Positions 8,962-17,447 of a DNA stretch of 64,000 nt are shown here, in pieces. Source of the DNA: a virus; the IMG/VR virus record IMGVR_UViG_3300036832_001488, positions 12,915-76,914 of that record. One strand, 5' to 3'. Both the position numbers and the translations under genes were made by a program. Each line of letters opens with the position of its first letter. Within the stretch, counting starts at the first letter, position 1. The notes beneath the pieces are model-generated. The model ran no database searches. It saw only the letters and a program-made list of their open reading frames with translations, and was not told the origin of the DNA.

Positions 8962-9648
8962 TTAGGCAACGATAGCCAAAGGCTTAACTCCGTTCATGGC
9001 GATCAGGGAATATCCATCTAACTCCCAGTCGTTATTGGCAATTAGTTGCTTGTAATACTTGGTCCGGTAAACCGTCGCGTGCAGAATCGTGTTCGAATGG
9101 TTAGCTAACCAGTCCTGGCGCGCATTGGTGTACTGGCTGATCCATTTCTTTTCGTCGCCCCCATTAGCCGGTGTCTTTTCGGGGAACCGGTTGCGGATAG
9201 TGGATAGGATCGAGCCCGAATGCAGGTAACTGTCACAGATTACTAGAAAGGAGAGCGGCAAAGTAAAGCCCTGGTCCGTGCCCCACTTGATGCCAGGAGC
9301 TAGATAGAACTTATCGAACATTTCTTCCTGCACCTTCTGCATCACCGGGTCAGCGCCCGCCTCTTTTAAGAGGTTAATAAACTCGGCATTATTAACCAGC
9401 GTTGCCTCCCGCATCCTGCCGACAAACTTACTTATGTTAGCGCTGAACCTGCCGGTGCGCTCCGCGTAAGACGCCACCACCGGCCCCAGGTTGCCATACT
9501 GGGTGAAGCCGATAGAGAGCGTGATCTGCCGGACGTTGTTAGGGCCGTCCGCATAGATATAGACGGCCCCGTAGGCTATCTCTTGCCTGCCCTGTTCGGC
9601 CACGATCAGCACATTGCGGATCTTGGCTACTTCGTTTGATGGGATCAT
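8962..9648 (-). CDS. endolysin, GH46 chitosanase/lysozyme-like
   Basis: AEQG..AYGAVYIYADG...ITLSIGFTQYGNL, DPVMQKVQ, CDSYLHSG; ATGA overlap with upstream membrane gene. Confidence 0.7.
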   Translation of the reverse strand: MIPSNEVAKIRNVLIVAEQGRQEIAYGAVYIYADGPNNVRQITLSIGFTQYGNLGPVVASYAERTGRFSANISKFVGRMREATLVNNAEFINLLKEAGADPVMQKVQEEMFDKFYLAPGIKWGTDQGFTLPLSFLVICDSYLHSGSILSTIRNRFPEKTPANGGDEKKWISQYTNARQDWLANHSNTILHATVYRTKYYKQLIANNDWELDGYSLIAMNGVKPLAIVA

Positions 9649-9974
9649 AGATCGCCCGGCGGCAGGTTCTTGCGGTTCACCCAGCGCATCATCCATTCCT
9701 GATTGGCTTTTAATTCAGCAATAGCCTCTGCATTCTTGCGGTTCTGTTCGGTGTCATTGCTCTCGTGTTCCACGATCTTATCCAGCTGGGCCAAGACCTT
9801 ATCGACTTCGTGACGGGTCGCCCCGGTGCCGCTTTTAGTGGCAAAGAAGTTGCCTACTCCAGATAATAGGACCAGAGCCAGCGTGCCCAGCTTAACTACA
9901 TTGTCGCCGCCAGCGGCAATGGAGGTTAGGAGGGCAAGTTTACCGTTTTTCTTTTCGGTCTCAGGATTATCCAC
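9645..9974 (-). CDS. putative holin/membrane protein
   Basis: one hydrophobic segment (LGTLALVLLSGVGNFF) plus coiled coil, directly upstream of endolysin. Confidence 0.45.
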   Translation of the reverse strand: MDNPETEKKNGKLALLTSIAAGGDNVVKLGTLALVLLSGVGNFFATKSGTGATRHEVDKVLAQLDKIVEHESNDTEQNRKNAEAIAELKANQEWMMRWVNRKNLPPGDL

Positions 9975-10197
9975 TTTGCGGCAAGGGCCATGTTTGCTGG
10001 GCACTAAAAATGTCAGTCATGTAGACCGGAGGAGGCAGATAATCGACCTGCGGGCCTGGAGGATAGATGGACAAGTAAGGTGGCATAGCCCAGGGGCCTT
10101 CCTCTGGGCTGTAAGCATAGCTTTGATAGACGATGCGGCGAGGCACGTTAATCGCCTGTTGTTGGTTCTGCCCGCAATATGGATCGACTGGACTCAT
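9967..10197 (-). CDS. Pro/Tyr-rich microprotein
   Basis: 76 aa, coupled at both ends. Confidence 0.45.
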   Translation of the reverse strand: MSPVDPYCGQNQQQAINVPRRIVYQSYAYSPEEGPWAMPPYLSIYPPGPQVDYLPPPVYMTDIFSAQQTWPLPQSG

Positions 10198-10367
10198 TTA
10201 AACTTCTTTAAGGTCTCAGCTAACCTTGCCCGCTGGCCGACCTTGCCTCCTTTTTCTGCCGCTTTAGCTAACTTTTTCGCCGGGATCTTCTGACCCTGTT
10301 TAACTCCTAAGTCTTTATGCAAAGCCCCTGGTTTCTTAATCGCACCCTTGATCCAATTCTTAGCCAT
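10194..10367 (-). CDS. 57-aa Lys-rich phage protein (not in ORF track)
   Basis: MAKNWIKGAIKKPGALHKDLGVKQGQKIPAKKLAKAAEKGGKVGQRARLAETLKKFK; GGAG upstream; ATGA overlap. Confidence 0.7.
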   Translation of the reverse strand: MAKNWIKGAIKKPGALHKDLGVKQGQKIPAKKLAKAAEKGGKVGQRARLAETLKKFK

Positions 10368-10375
10368 AGTGTCTC

Positions 10376-10669
10376 CTACTTGGTTGGTGAATAGATCGGC
10401 GGTTGCGTGAGACCCACGGCCAGGGGCACCGCATAGGCGTTGCCGGTGTTGTTATCCAGAATGATCAGGTTGTTGCCCTGGATATACATTCGCGCCTGAG
10501 CCGGAGGAGGCCCTGGTGTCACCGGAGTATTAACTCCGGCATTGATCGTGCCGACCTCGCCCGTGCCTTTGGGGCCGTAGCCTGTTCCGGCATAGGTACT
10601 GAAGGATCGGGAAAGCGCCGGGTCAGCGGCACCGCATCCGCCTTCCCATGGAACTGGAACTGATGGCAT
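10376..10669 (-). CDS. Pro/Gly-rich small protein
   Basis: ATG 10669 just after the beta-helix stop. Confidence 0.5.
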   Translation of the reverse strand: MPSVPVPWEGGCGAADPALSRSFSTYAGTGYGPKGTGEVGTINAGVNTPVTPGPPPAQARMYIQGNNLIILDNNTGNAYAVPLAVGLTQPPIYSPTK

Positions 10670-10673
10670 AATT

Positions 10674-12089
10674 TTAGGGACGAAATGTCTGGTTAATTTG
10701 GCTTGTCTGAGTTTGTCCGTTGTACCTAGGAGGATAGAGCCCTGGCCCGTCTTCAAAGACTGGAGCCGGAGCTGGCGGGCTAGCCGGGAACTTGATCGGC
10801 GTAAAGGGTGGATTGATTCCGCCTCCGCCCCCCGGTGGATTTGGAGGCGTCACCGGAATTAACGGATGAGGATAAACGTAAGGCGTGTAGCTGGTCAGCT
10901 GCAGATTAGCGAATGGAGCCGGATAGCTGGCATTCGATTGGCCAGTCGGTGCGGGATAAACCGTGGTCGTTCCAGCGGCAGGAGCCTGGGTCCAGAAATC
11001 CCGGTTCTTCTGGATATAGAAAGGATCTCCGGTCGAAGCATTACTGTTGCCAAAGGTGCCGACTCCGATGTCAGTATCCTGCTGCGCACGTCCTTTGTAG
11101 GTGTTGTTGTAGATAAAACTCCCCGTCACTTGGTCTTCGCAAGGCCAGTGGACCGGGCTCCTGACATTAGTGCTGAACGGGACCGAGGTTGAGTCATCCT
11201 CTTCGTCTCTGAAATCGATTATATGCGGGCTCGACCCATCACAGATATAGGTGTTGTCATGGATTAGGAAAGAGCCGCCGCGCGCATCGATTAGCCGGAA
11301 GCTGTTATTGACGTGAATGAGGTTGTTGTAGAACTCAAACCTGATCGTCCCCCTGTAATCGTTAGAGATGTTAGCCCAGTAGCTCTGGTTGCCGTGAGCA
11401 TCGACCGGCCCTTCCATTGAAGCCGAGAATGCGCTCGAATCGATGGTGCAATGGCGCAGCACACTTCTGCCGCCATACTCATGGTAAGTGACCCAGGGTG
11501 AGCCTGGAGCCGCGCCGAATGCATTATTCAAGGTGAAGGTGCAATCCTCGGTAAAGACAAAGTGAGACCCACCGGCCTGATAATCATTTCTGCCCCAGGC
11601 AATGTCGCCGAAGTCGCCGTTGCCGCCGAAGATGTGGACTCCGACCCAGCAATTGGTGAAGGTATTGTGATCATTGACTCCGTAGGCGCGGCCTTGCCAG
11701 TTGATAACATACTGCCCTCCATTAAAGGAGCAGTGATCGATCCTGATCTGGCTCCAGAGAGGGGCGGCATTACCGGCGTTGGTGATATCGATGTCGCTCG
11801 TGATGTTAGATGGCTGCATCACCACGTTGTCAAAGAAGATGCCTGTCACCCTGACCGGCACATCGCCGGGAAGCCCCGTGATATTAATCAGGTCCCCGTT
11901 AAAGCCGGTTTGCCGGACGATCTTAGTGGAAGTCCCGTTTCCTTGCAGGGTCAGGGACTTATTGATAGTCAGTGTGGAACCCCAGGTTGCTGTCCCCGGA
12001 GGGATAACAATAGTGTCGCCGGGATTGGCTGCGCCTACCGCAGCATTAACGTCTGCGTAGGCAGGAGAATTTGCAACGGTTGTGCTCAT
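10674..12089 (-). CDS. parallel beta-helix (pectin-lyase-like) tailspike/depolymerase-like protein
   Basis: DVNAAVGAANPGDTIVIPPGTATW, IRIDHCSF, DHNTF, YPHPL; paralog of 2945-4378. Confidence 0.75.
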   Translation of the reverse strand: MSTTVANSPAYADVNAAVGAANPGDTIVIPPGTATWGSTLTINKSLTLQGNGTSTKIVRQTGFNGDLINITGLPGDVPVRVTGIFFDNVVMQPSNITSDIDITNAGNAAPLWSQIRIDHCSFNGGQYVINWQGRAYGVNDHNTFTNCWVGVHIFGGNGDFGDIAWGRNDYQAGGSHFVFTEDCTFTLNNAFGAAPGSPWVTYHEYGGRSVLRHCTIDSSAFSASMEGPVDAHGNQSYWANISNDYRGTIRFEFYNNLIHVNNSFRLIDARGGSFLIHDNTYICDGSSPHIIDFRDEEDDSTSVPFSTNVRSPVHWPCEDQVTGSFIYNNTYKGRAQQDTDIGVGTFGNSNASTGDPFYIQKNRDFWTQAPAAGTTTVYPAPTGQSNASYPAPFANLQLTSYTPYVYPHPLIPVTPPNPPGGGGGINPPFTPIKFPASPPAPAPVFEDGPGLYPPRYNGQTQTSQINQTFRP

Positions 12090-12090
12090 A

Positions 12091-12888
12091 CTATCCTTGG
12101 AAAACGAGGTCAACCATGTAGTTGACGCCCGCCTGTTGGTTAGCAGGATAGCCCAGGACTCCTGCCGTTGTATCAAACTGGCCTGCACCGGCTGGAGCCT
12201 GGAGCACTCCGGTTGTGATCGGCGGGTTAGTGGAATTGTAAACAAAGGCCCCGTCTGGGATAAACATCGAGATGAGATACTGGGTGTTGGCCAAGATCGC
12301 GATGGGGCTTGCGAAATTCATTTGCTGCCAGCCACTGGCCGACTGGCCGCTAAAATTGACCTGACCCAGCTTTGAATGGTTGCTAACCAGCCAGAGTGCT
12401 CCAATTTGAGTTTGGAGGGTTGAAGCCGGTGCCCGGTAATAGCGCACCGCAATCACGTTCCCAGGTATTGTTGTCTGGAAGATGATCCCCACGTTAATGT
12501 TGGCCTGGGTGTTAGTGGGATGATCCGGCGTCAGGCTGGGTAGGAACAGCGAATAGTTCTGTACTGGCCCTCCGCCCCCTCCTACGCTACTGAATCTGTA
12601 AGCAGGACCCGCGTGACTTAAATCCAGTTTCCCGTCCACTCCGTTTAAGAAGATGGCGTCCTGGCCGACTCCTAAGCTCCCGATCCAAGCTGGTGAAAGG
12701 AGAATGTTAGGAGCCCCCGGCTGATTGGTCATGCCGGGAAGCGGGTTAGAGGTCAGCGTGAAAGGATCGAATCCTTGTTTAAGAGCCCTCACTGTGTCAT
12801 GGGCACTACCGTTGCCTGCTGGAGTCAGGTAACCGGCGGCGAGCTGCTGGCCACCCAGAATAGTTAGCAAGTCCTGCAGTGTGTTCAT
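12091..12888 (-). CDS. DUF4082 domain virion protein
   Basis: INVGIIFQTTIPGNVIAVRYYR...SASGWQQMNFASPIAILANTQYLIS...NYMVDLVF. Confidence 0.75.
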   Translation of the reverse strand: MNTLQDLLTILGGQQLAAGYLTPAGNGSAHDTVRALKQGFDPFTLTSNPLPGMTNQPGAPNILLSPAWIGSLGVGQDAIFLNGVDGKLDLSHAGPAYRFSSVGGGGGPVQNYSLFLPSLTPDHPTNTQANINVGIIFQTTIPGNVIAVRYYRAPASTLQTQIGALWLVSNHSKLGQVNFSGQSASGWQQMNFASPIAILANTQYLISMFIPDGAFVYNSTNPPITTGVLQAPAGAGQFDTTAGVLGYPANQQAGVNYMVDLVFQG

Positions 12889-13103
12889 TAGTTTCCTAGG
12901 CCTCCAATAACTCGGGTTGGCGTAACCACGGTGCCTAACCCGTCGATATAACTTCCAGCCGGGAAAGTGCGCCCCGGCGCGGGTGTCCCGGCAATTGGCC
13001 CGACTTCCCATCTGGTCACTGGATAGCCCCCGCTAGGTGGTGGCCAGACAGGAAAAGGCGGCAGGCCGGGTTGACCGGCTGCTGGCGTAATTTGACTAGA
13101 CAT
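12888..13103 (-). CDS. Pro-rich microprotein
   Basis: PPFPVWPPPSGG motif shared with the adjacent gene; TAATG coupling. Confidence 0.55.
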   Translation of the reverse strand: MSSQITPAAGQPGLPPFPVWPPPSGGYPVTRWEVGPIAGTPAPGRTFPAGSYIDGLGTVVTPTRVIGGLGN

Positions 13104-13107
13104 AAGT

Positions 13108-13458
13108 TTAACTCCCGGTTGATCCCGGCCCCATGATCGGCGGAGGCTGGATCTGGCTGATTGAAGGCGAAGCTTTTAAGGGGCCCGTCTCCCAGGGCCG
13201 GTTGTCCGGCGGCAGATGCTGAGGCTGGTTCTGGCCGTTTTTACCGATCCCGGCGCTCTGCGGATACTTGATCCCGTTAAAAGGCGGGGGCGGCTGCACC
13301 GTCGAGATGTTAGCCGGTTGTGGGCTCCCGTAGGGATAAGGGTTAGTGATCGGGCCTAGTTCAGTGCCCGGAAAGGGCGCACCGCCGCTGGGTGGAGGCC
13401 ATACCGGAAAAGGGGGGGGCACAAAGGTCGTTGCCTCGATTGTAGGATCTTCATTCAT
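13108..13458 (-). CDS. Pro-rich small protein
   Basis: PPFPVWPPPSGG motif. Confidence 0.55.
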   Translation of the reverse strand: MNEDPTIEATTFVPPPFPVWPPPSGGAPFPGTELGPITNPYPYGSPQPANISTVQPPPPFNGIKYPQSAGIGKNGQNQPQHLPPDNRPWETGPLKASPSISQIQPPPIMGPGSTGS

Positions 13459-13503
13459 AAAGAAAAAGCCCCCACGACGGCACGCTCGTGCTATCGTGGG
13501 GGT
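13459..13503 (-). terminator. intrinsic-terminator-like hairpin with U-tract
   Basis: CCCCCACGA...TCGTGGGGG stem followed on the - strand by TTTTTCTTT and then the ATG of 13458. Confidence 0.55.
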
Positions 13504-13510
13504 GAATAAT

Positions 13511-13966
13511 ATGCGGGTTGAACTTAGCGCTCTTCCTGAGCGTTTTCGAGAGAAAATTTCTGTCCAAAGTGATTGTTGGATTTGGATCGCCGCGTTGGAT
13601 CGCGGCTACGGTGCGTATGGTGTGCCCAAGCCCAACCAGCAGTATTGGAGAAAGGTTAAAGCCCATAAATACTGTTGGGAATTTTTCTTTGGTCCAGTTC
13701 CAGATGGATTCGAGCTTGATCATGTTTGTAGGAAACGAGCCTGTATTAACCCACAACACCTGGAGGTTGTGACGCATCAAGAAAATTGCATACGTGGTGA
13801 AGCAGGTAACCAAGAAAGAAGCAAGACGCATTGCCCAAAAGGACATGCTTACACGCCTAACAACACCCGGCTTAAGAAAAGATCTGGCAGTGAGCGACGA
13901 TACCGTCAGTGTCGAGCATGTTATAATGAAGCTAGGCGTCAGCATAGGTCTGGCTGGGTTTCATAG
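13511..13966 (+). CDS. HNH homing endonuclease with C-terminal Zn finger
   Basis: CWIW..GYG...AHKY..ELDHVCRKRACINPQHLE...THCPKGH...CRAC; antisense to the surrounding operon. Confidence 0.9.
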   Translation: MRVELSALPERFREKISVQSDCWIWIAALDRGYGAYGVPKPNQQYWRKVKAHKYCWEFFFGPVPDGFELDHVCRKRACINPQHLEVVTHQENCIRGEAGNQERSKTHCPKGHAYTPNNTRLKKRSGSERRYRQCRACYNEARRQHRSGWVS

Positions 13967-13970
13967 TGTT

Positions 13971-14165
13971 TTAGTGGCGGAATTTTTGCATTGCTTCCGG
14001 GTACATCGCACAGAGGACCCGGAACACATCGCGGAAAAAGCTTTCGGTTCTGCCAAAATAATCCAGGCTCACGTCTGAGTCCGAACTCGCGGCCCAGTTG
14101 GTCCAGAACTGGGCGAAATCATCGTCAACCCCAGAGAACTTTTTTAGTGGCACTCTGCTTCTCAT
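13971..14165 (-). CDS. hypothetical protein
   Basis: 64 aa in - strand operon. Confidence 0.4.
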   Translation of the reverse strand: MRSRVPLKKFSGVDDDFAQFWTNWAASSDSDVSLDYFGRTESFFRDVFRVLCAMYPEAMQKFRH

Positions 14166-14187
14166 AGGTTACCAGCCGGTCTCGTTT

Positions 14188-15060
14188 TTAGGAATAATGT
14201 TCAATGACCCAGATGCCACCGGAACCGCCATTAGAACCACCTGCACCGTTAGTACCCGCAGCTCCTGCGGGACCAGCAGCACCTACTGAATATGCATAAG
14301 TCGCTAACGGCGCACTGATGATAGCCATGACGCCACCACCAGCTCCACCAGAGGCACCACTTGCTGTACCAGCGGCATTACTCGCTCCAGGACCACCTCC
14401 TCCGCCACCGGTATTGGGTGCGCCAGCACCCCCTGAACTATTTGCACCACCGCCCAAACCGGCACCACCCAAGAATGATGATCCGCCGTGACTGGCTGGT
14501 GGATAGTCACCACCGCTAGAAAAAGACCCACAGCCACCCCCGCCCGTAATAGCAGTTCCAGCAGTACCCGCACCTAAAGATGCCGTGCCGCCGCTGCCAC
14601 CCGTTGAAAATCCGGCACTTGCCGGTGGGTTGCCGCCACCACAAGTAATCAGTGATGTACCAAACGTCGTAGTGCCACCCGCACCGCCATTAGTCGAACC
14701 GCTGGACCCTGAACCCGCTGATCCTGCACCACCACCGACCGCACGGACTTCCAGCCATTTCACTCCGGCGGGCGTAGTGTAGGTGCCGCTAACAAAACCC
14801 CCGGTGCCGGTTGCTGTCCCGGCATTCAATGCGGTACTGACAGTCGGAGACTTAGGTGCAGGCACCAGAATCTTACTATCGCTCCCGAGCGTAGCCAGAT
14901 TCCCGGCATCGGTGCTGACGGCAGTGGGACCAGGAGGACCGGTAGGACCGGCACCACCAGTGGCACCCGTTCCTCCGGTTGCCCCCGGTGTGCCGATATC
15001 GCCGCCGGGTCCGACTCCGGCTCCGGTGTTAACTATTGTGCCTGGAACAGCTGCTGGCAT
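14188..15060 (-). CDS. Gly-rich tail fibre module
   Basis: short collagen run; GTYTTPAGVKWLEVRAVGGG...GGSGGIWVIEHY glycine-rich domain. Confidence 0.75.
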   Translation of the reverse strand: MPAAVPGTIVNTGAGVGPGGDIGTPGATGGTGATGGAGPTGPPGPTAVSTDAGNLATLGSDSKILVPAPKSPTVSTALNAGTATGTGGFVSGTYTTPAGVKWLEVRAVGGGAGSAGSGSSGSTNGGAGGTTTFGTSLITCGGGNPPASAGFSTGGSGGTASLGAGTAGTAITGGGGCGSFSSGGDYPPASHGGSSFLGGAGLGGGANSSGGAGAPNTGGGGGGPGASNAAGTASGASGGAGGGVMAIISAPLATYAYSVGAAGPAGAAGTNGAGGSNGGSGGIWVIEHYS

Positions 15061-17447
15061 TAGACAATTCCTCTCACAACGATTGAACCGATTGCGATGT
15101 TGCCGCTAGAGAAGATAATCTGCATGGCATTAACTAGCGTTAAGCTGAAATCTTGACCTGCGAATGCCCACCGAGTAATTCTCCCGTTTGTGGTTGCGTA
15201 ACCTTCCGCTTCGCCTAGCCAAGAAGCTGGCTTGGTCCCATCCGAGGGGAAAAGTCTCATACTAATTTGTCCTGAGTGATTCGCATTTCTCATTCCAGAC
15301 GAAATACGCATGTAAGTTCCGGGAGCGGCAGCAGAAAAGCCTACCGTAGTGGCCGCATTATCAAAGATTGTACTGTCCCAATAAGACGCAATAAAAGTTG
15401 AGCCTCCATCACCGGAGAGCTTCATCTGTAAAGATGCCGCATCGGTAACCGGCATAAATCCGTAAAGATCAATGTCGAAAAGGCGGTAGCCGCTAGGTAA
15501 GAGAACCAGCTGAGTTGCTACAGCCGAAGAGATATCAATCGCGCCGATGATCACACTTCTGCTTCGCCCAAGGGTGCGCCAGTTAGCACCATCAGAAATG
15601 ATCGTGCATTCTTGGCCTGGGAGAAGGAACTGGCTGGTTAATCCGTCAATCGTACCCGAGGGCGGCGTTAAGGTAATTGTTCCGGTTGTGCCGCTGATTC
15701 CCTGGTCATTACGGACTCGAACAAAGAATCCATTGGTCGGAGCGGGTAGGGTTAAGGTCCATGAGCCTCCAGTGCAAATGAAGTATTTGCCGATATCGCC
15801 AGCAACGACGGTGTAAGCAGTATTCTGGTTTACAAAGCCAGCTGGCCCAGCTGGTATTACCAGTGGATGACAAGCATTATCCCCACCCACATAATCGCTG
15901 ATGTTGCCGCTGACCTGGGCGAGTAAGCCTGCTGCTGTGTTGTTAGCTAAGGCTAGAGAAGGAATCGAGGGATTAAGCAGGGTGACTTGGTTACCGCTGA
16001 TATTGGTGACTTGGAGGGTGCCTGAGAGCGAGACGCCTCCGGCAGTCTTTACTTCCACGTATTGCCCCAGCACCAGCCAACTCGCATTTTGGAAGGTGAC
16101 GACTACTGTTCCTCCAACTGGCGGCACGGTAAATTGAGCGCTGGTGATGGTATAAGCGTTAATTCCGGCTGCACCGGATGGCCCTTGGCTTCCCGTGGCT
16201 CCTGCTGGACCTTGGCTCCCGGTAGCGCCTGTAGCGCCAGGAGTGCCCTGTGGGCCTTGAGCGCCGACTGCCCCGGTCTGGCCAGCGGGAATAGTAAAAT
16301 TAAAGACCGCCGCTGAAGGAGTGCCAGCGTTAGTGACATTGGCGTTGGTGCCGGGTGCGCCCGTACTGGTCGTTCCGGGTGCTATAGTAGCTGCGCTGCC
16401 AGCTGGGCCAGCCGCGCCAGCGGGGCCAGTGCTGCCTGTAGCGCCAGCTGGCCCCGTGCCAGTCAGAGTATTACCGCTAGGTGCAGTGGAACCCGGCGCT
16501 TGGTTTACGCCATAGCCAAGATTTTGCAGGGTCAGTTGGTTAGCACCTGAGTTAACAGCGGTGATAGCCAAGTAACCAATGGGCGAGATATAGACAATGC
16601 CGCCGACGCTGAATTGGGCCGCACCACCAGAAGCGACGTTGGCTACTGCCGTAGAATTGACGGCAGGCATCGTAAAAACCGCACTTAAGGTAGTAAAAGC
16701 ACTAGCGCCCCCAGGAGGACCGGGAGGACCGGTAGCGCCAGCAGTCCCCGGAGTTCCCTGGGGGCCTTGAACCCCTTGGCTACCAGTAGCCCCGCTTGGG
16801 CCTTGATTTCCTTGAGGCCCAGAAACGCCTTGATTTCCTTGGGCCCCTTGAACCCCTTGAACCCCTTGGGCACCTTGCGCTCCCGGTGGCCCTTGATAGG
16901 GACCAGTGTCGATCCAATTAGCCCCGTTCCAAGCCCAGCCATGCCCGGTATCGCTTGTGATCCAGAGGTCACTTTCAGCGTTACCGCTAGCCGGTAGGGC
17001 GCTGCTGGTCGCAACAGTGCCTTTAGGATTCAGCGGTGGTCCCGGTGGTCCCAGTGGCCCGACTGGTCCCTGGGGCCCGATTCCGCCCGGTGGGCCGGGA
17101 AGAGAAGTCGTCGTGACTTTGTCAGGGCCAAAGCCGGTACCGGGAGGCTGATTATAATCAGTCCCGAAATTCATCACCACCATCTGGCCGACAGTGGGAG
17201 TCGAGACTACTTGATAGTACCCGGCACTGCCTCCATTGCCGTCTCCGATGACAATAGTCATCCCCGGCACAAAGCCTTGAGAGTTAACCACCGATAAGCC
17301 GACATTCCCGTTTACTGGCGGCTGGGTCCAGGGAACTAAGACGTTAGTCGTAACGTAAACAAAGGTGATCCCGTCATAGTCAGGATCGTCCTTTGGCCTG
17401 ACTCCAGGCTGCATCGGACTAACAAAATATTGGGTGCCGCTGCTCAC
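15060..17447 (-). CDS. collagen-like tail fibre protein
   Basis: long G-X-Y runs and three copies of a ~85-aa beta domain (FTxPxV...G..V....GY..V). Confidence 0.8.
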   Translation of the reverse strand: MSSGTQYFVSPMQPGVRPKDDPDYDGITFVYVTTNVLVPWTQPPVNGNVGLSVVNSQGFVPGMTIVIGDGNGGSAGYYQVVSTPTVGQMVVMNFGTDYNQPPGTGFGPDKVTTTSLPGPPGGIGPQGPVGPLGPPGPPLNPKGTVATSSALPASGNAESDLWITSDTGHGWAWNGANWIDTGPYQGPPGAQGAQGVQGVQGAQGNQGVSGPQGNQGPSGATGSQGVQGPQGTPGTAGATGPPGPPGGASAFTTLSAVFTMPAVNSTAVANVASGGAAQFSVGGIVYISPIGYLAITAVNSGANQLTLQNLGYGVNQAPGSTAPSGNTLTGTGPAGATGSTGPAGAAGPAGSAATIAPGTTSTGAPGTNANVTNAGTPSAAVFNFTIPAGQTGAVGAQGPQGTPGATGATGSQGPAGATGSQGPSGAAGINAYTITSAQFTVPPVGGTVVVTFQNASWLVLGQYVEVKTAGGVSLSGTLQVTNISGNQVTLLNPSIPSLALANNTAAGLLAQVSGNISDYVGGDNACHPLVIPAGPAGFVNQNTAYTVVAGDIGKYFICTGGSWTLTLPAPTNGFFVRVRNDQGISGTTGTITLTPPSGTIDGLTSQFLLPGQECTIISDGANWRTLGRSRSVIIGAIDISSAVATQLVLLPSGYRLFDIDLYGFMPVTDAASLQMKLSGDGGSTFIASYWDSTIFDNAATTVGFSAAAPGTYMRISSGMRNANHSGQISMRLFPSDGTKPASWLGEAEGYATTNGRITRWAFAGQDFSLTLVNAMQIIFSSGNIAIGSIVVRGIV

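Noticed and set aside
13451-13945. 164-aa ORF antisense to the HNH gene (similarly 30339-30695 and 58749-59222)
   Set aside because: Shadow frames of genes with clear HNH motifs; no recognisable protein features
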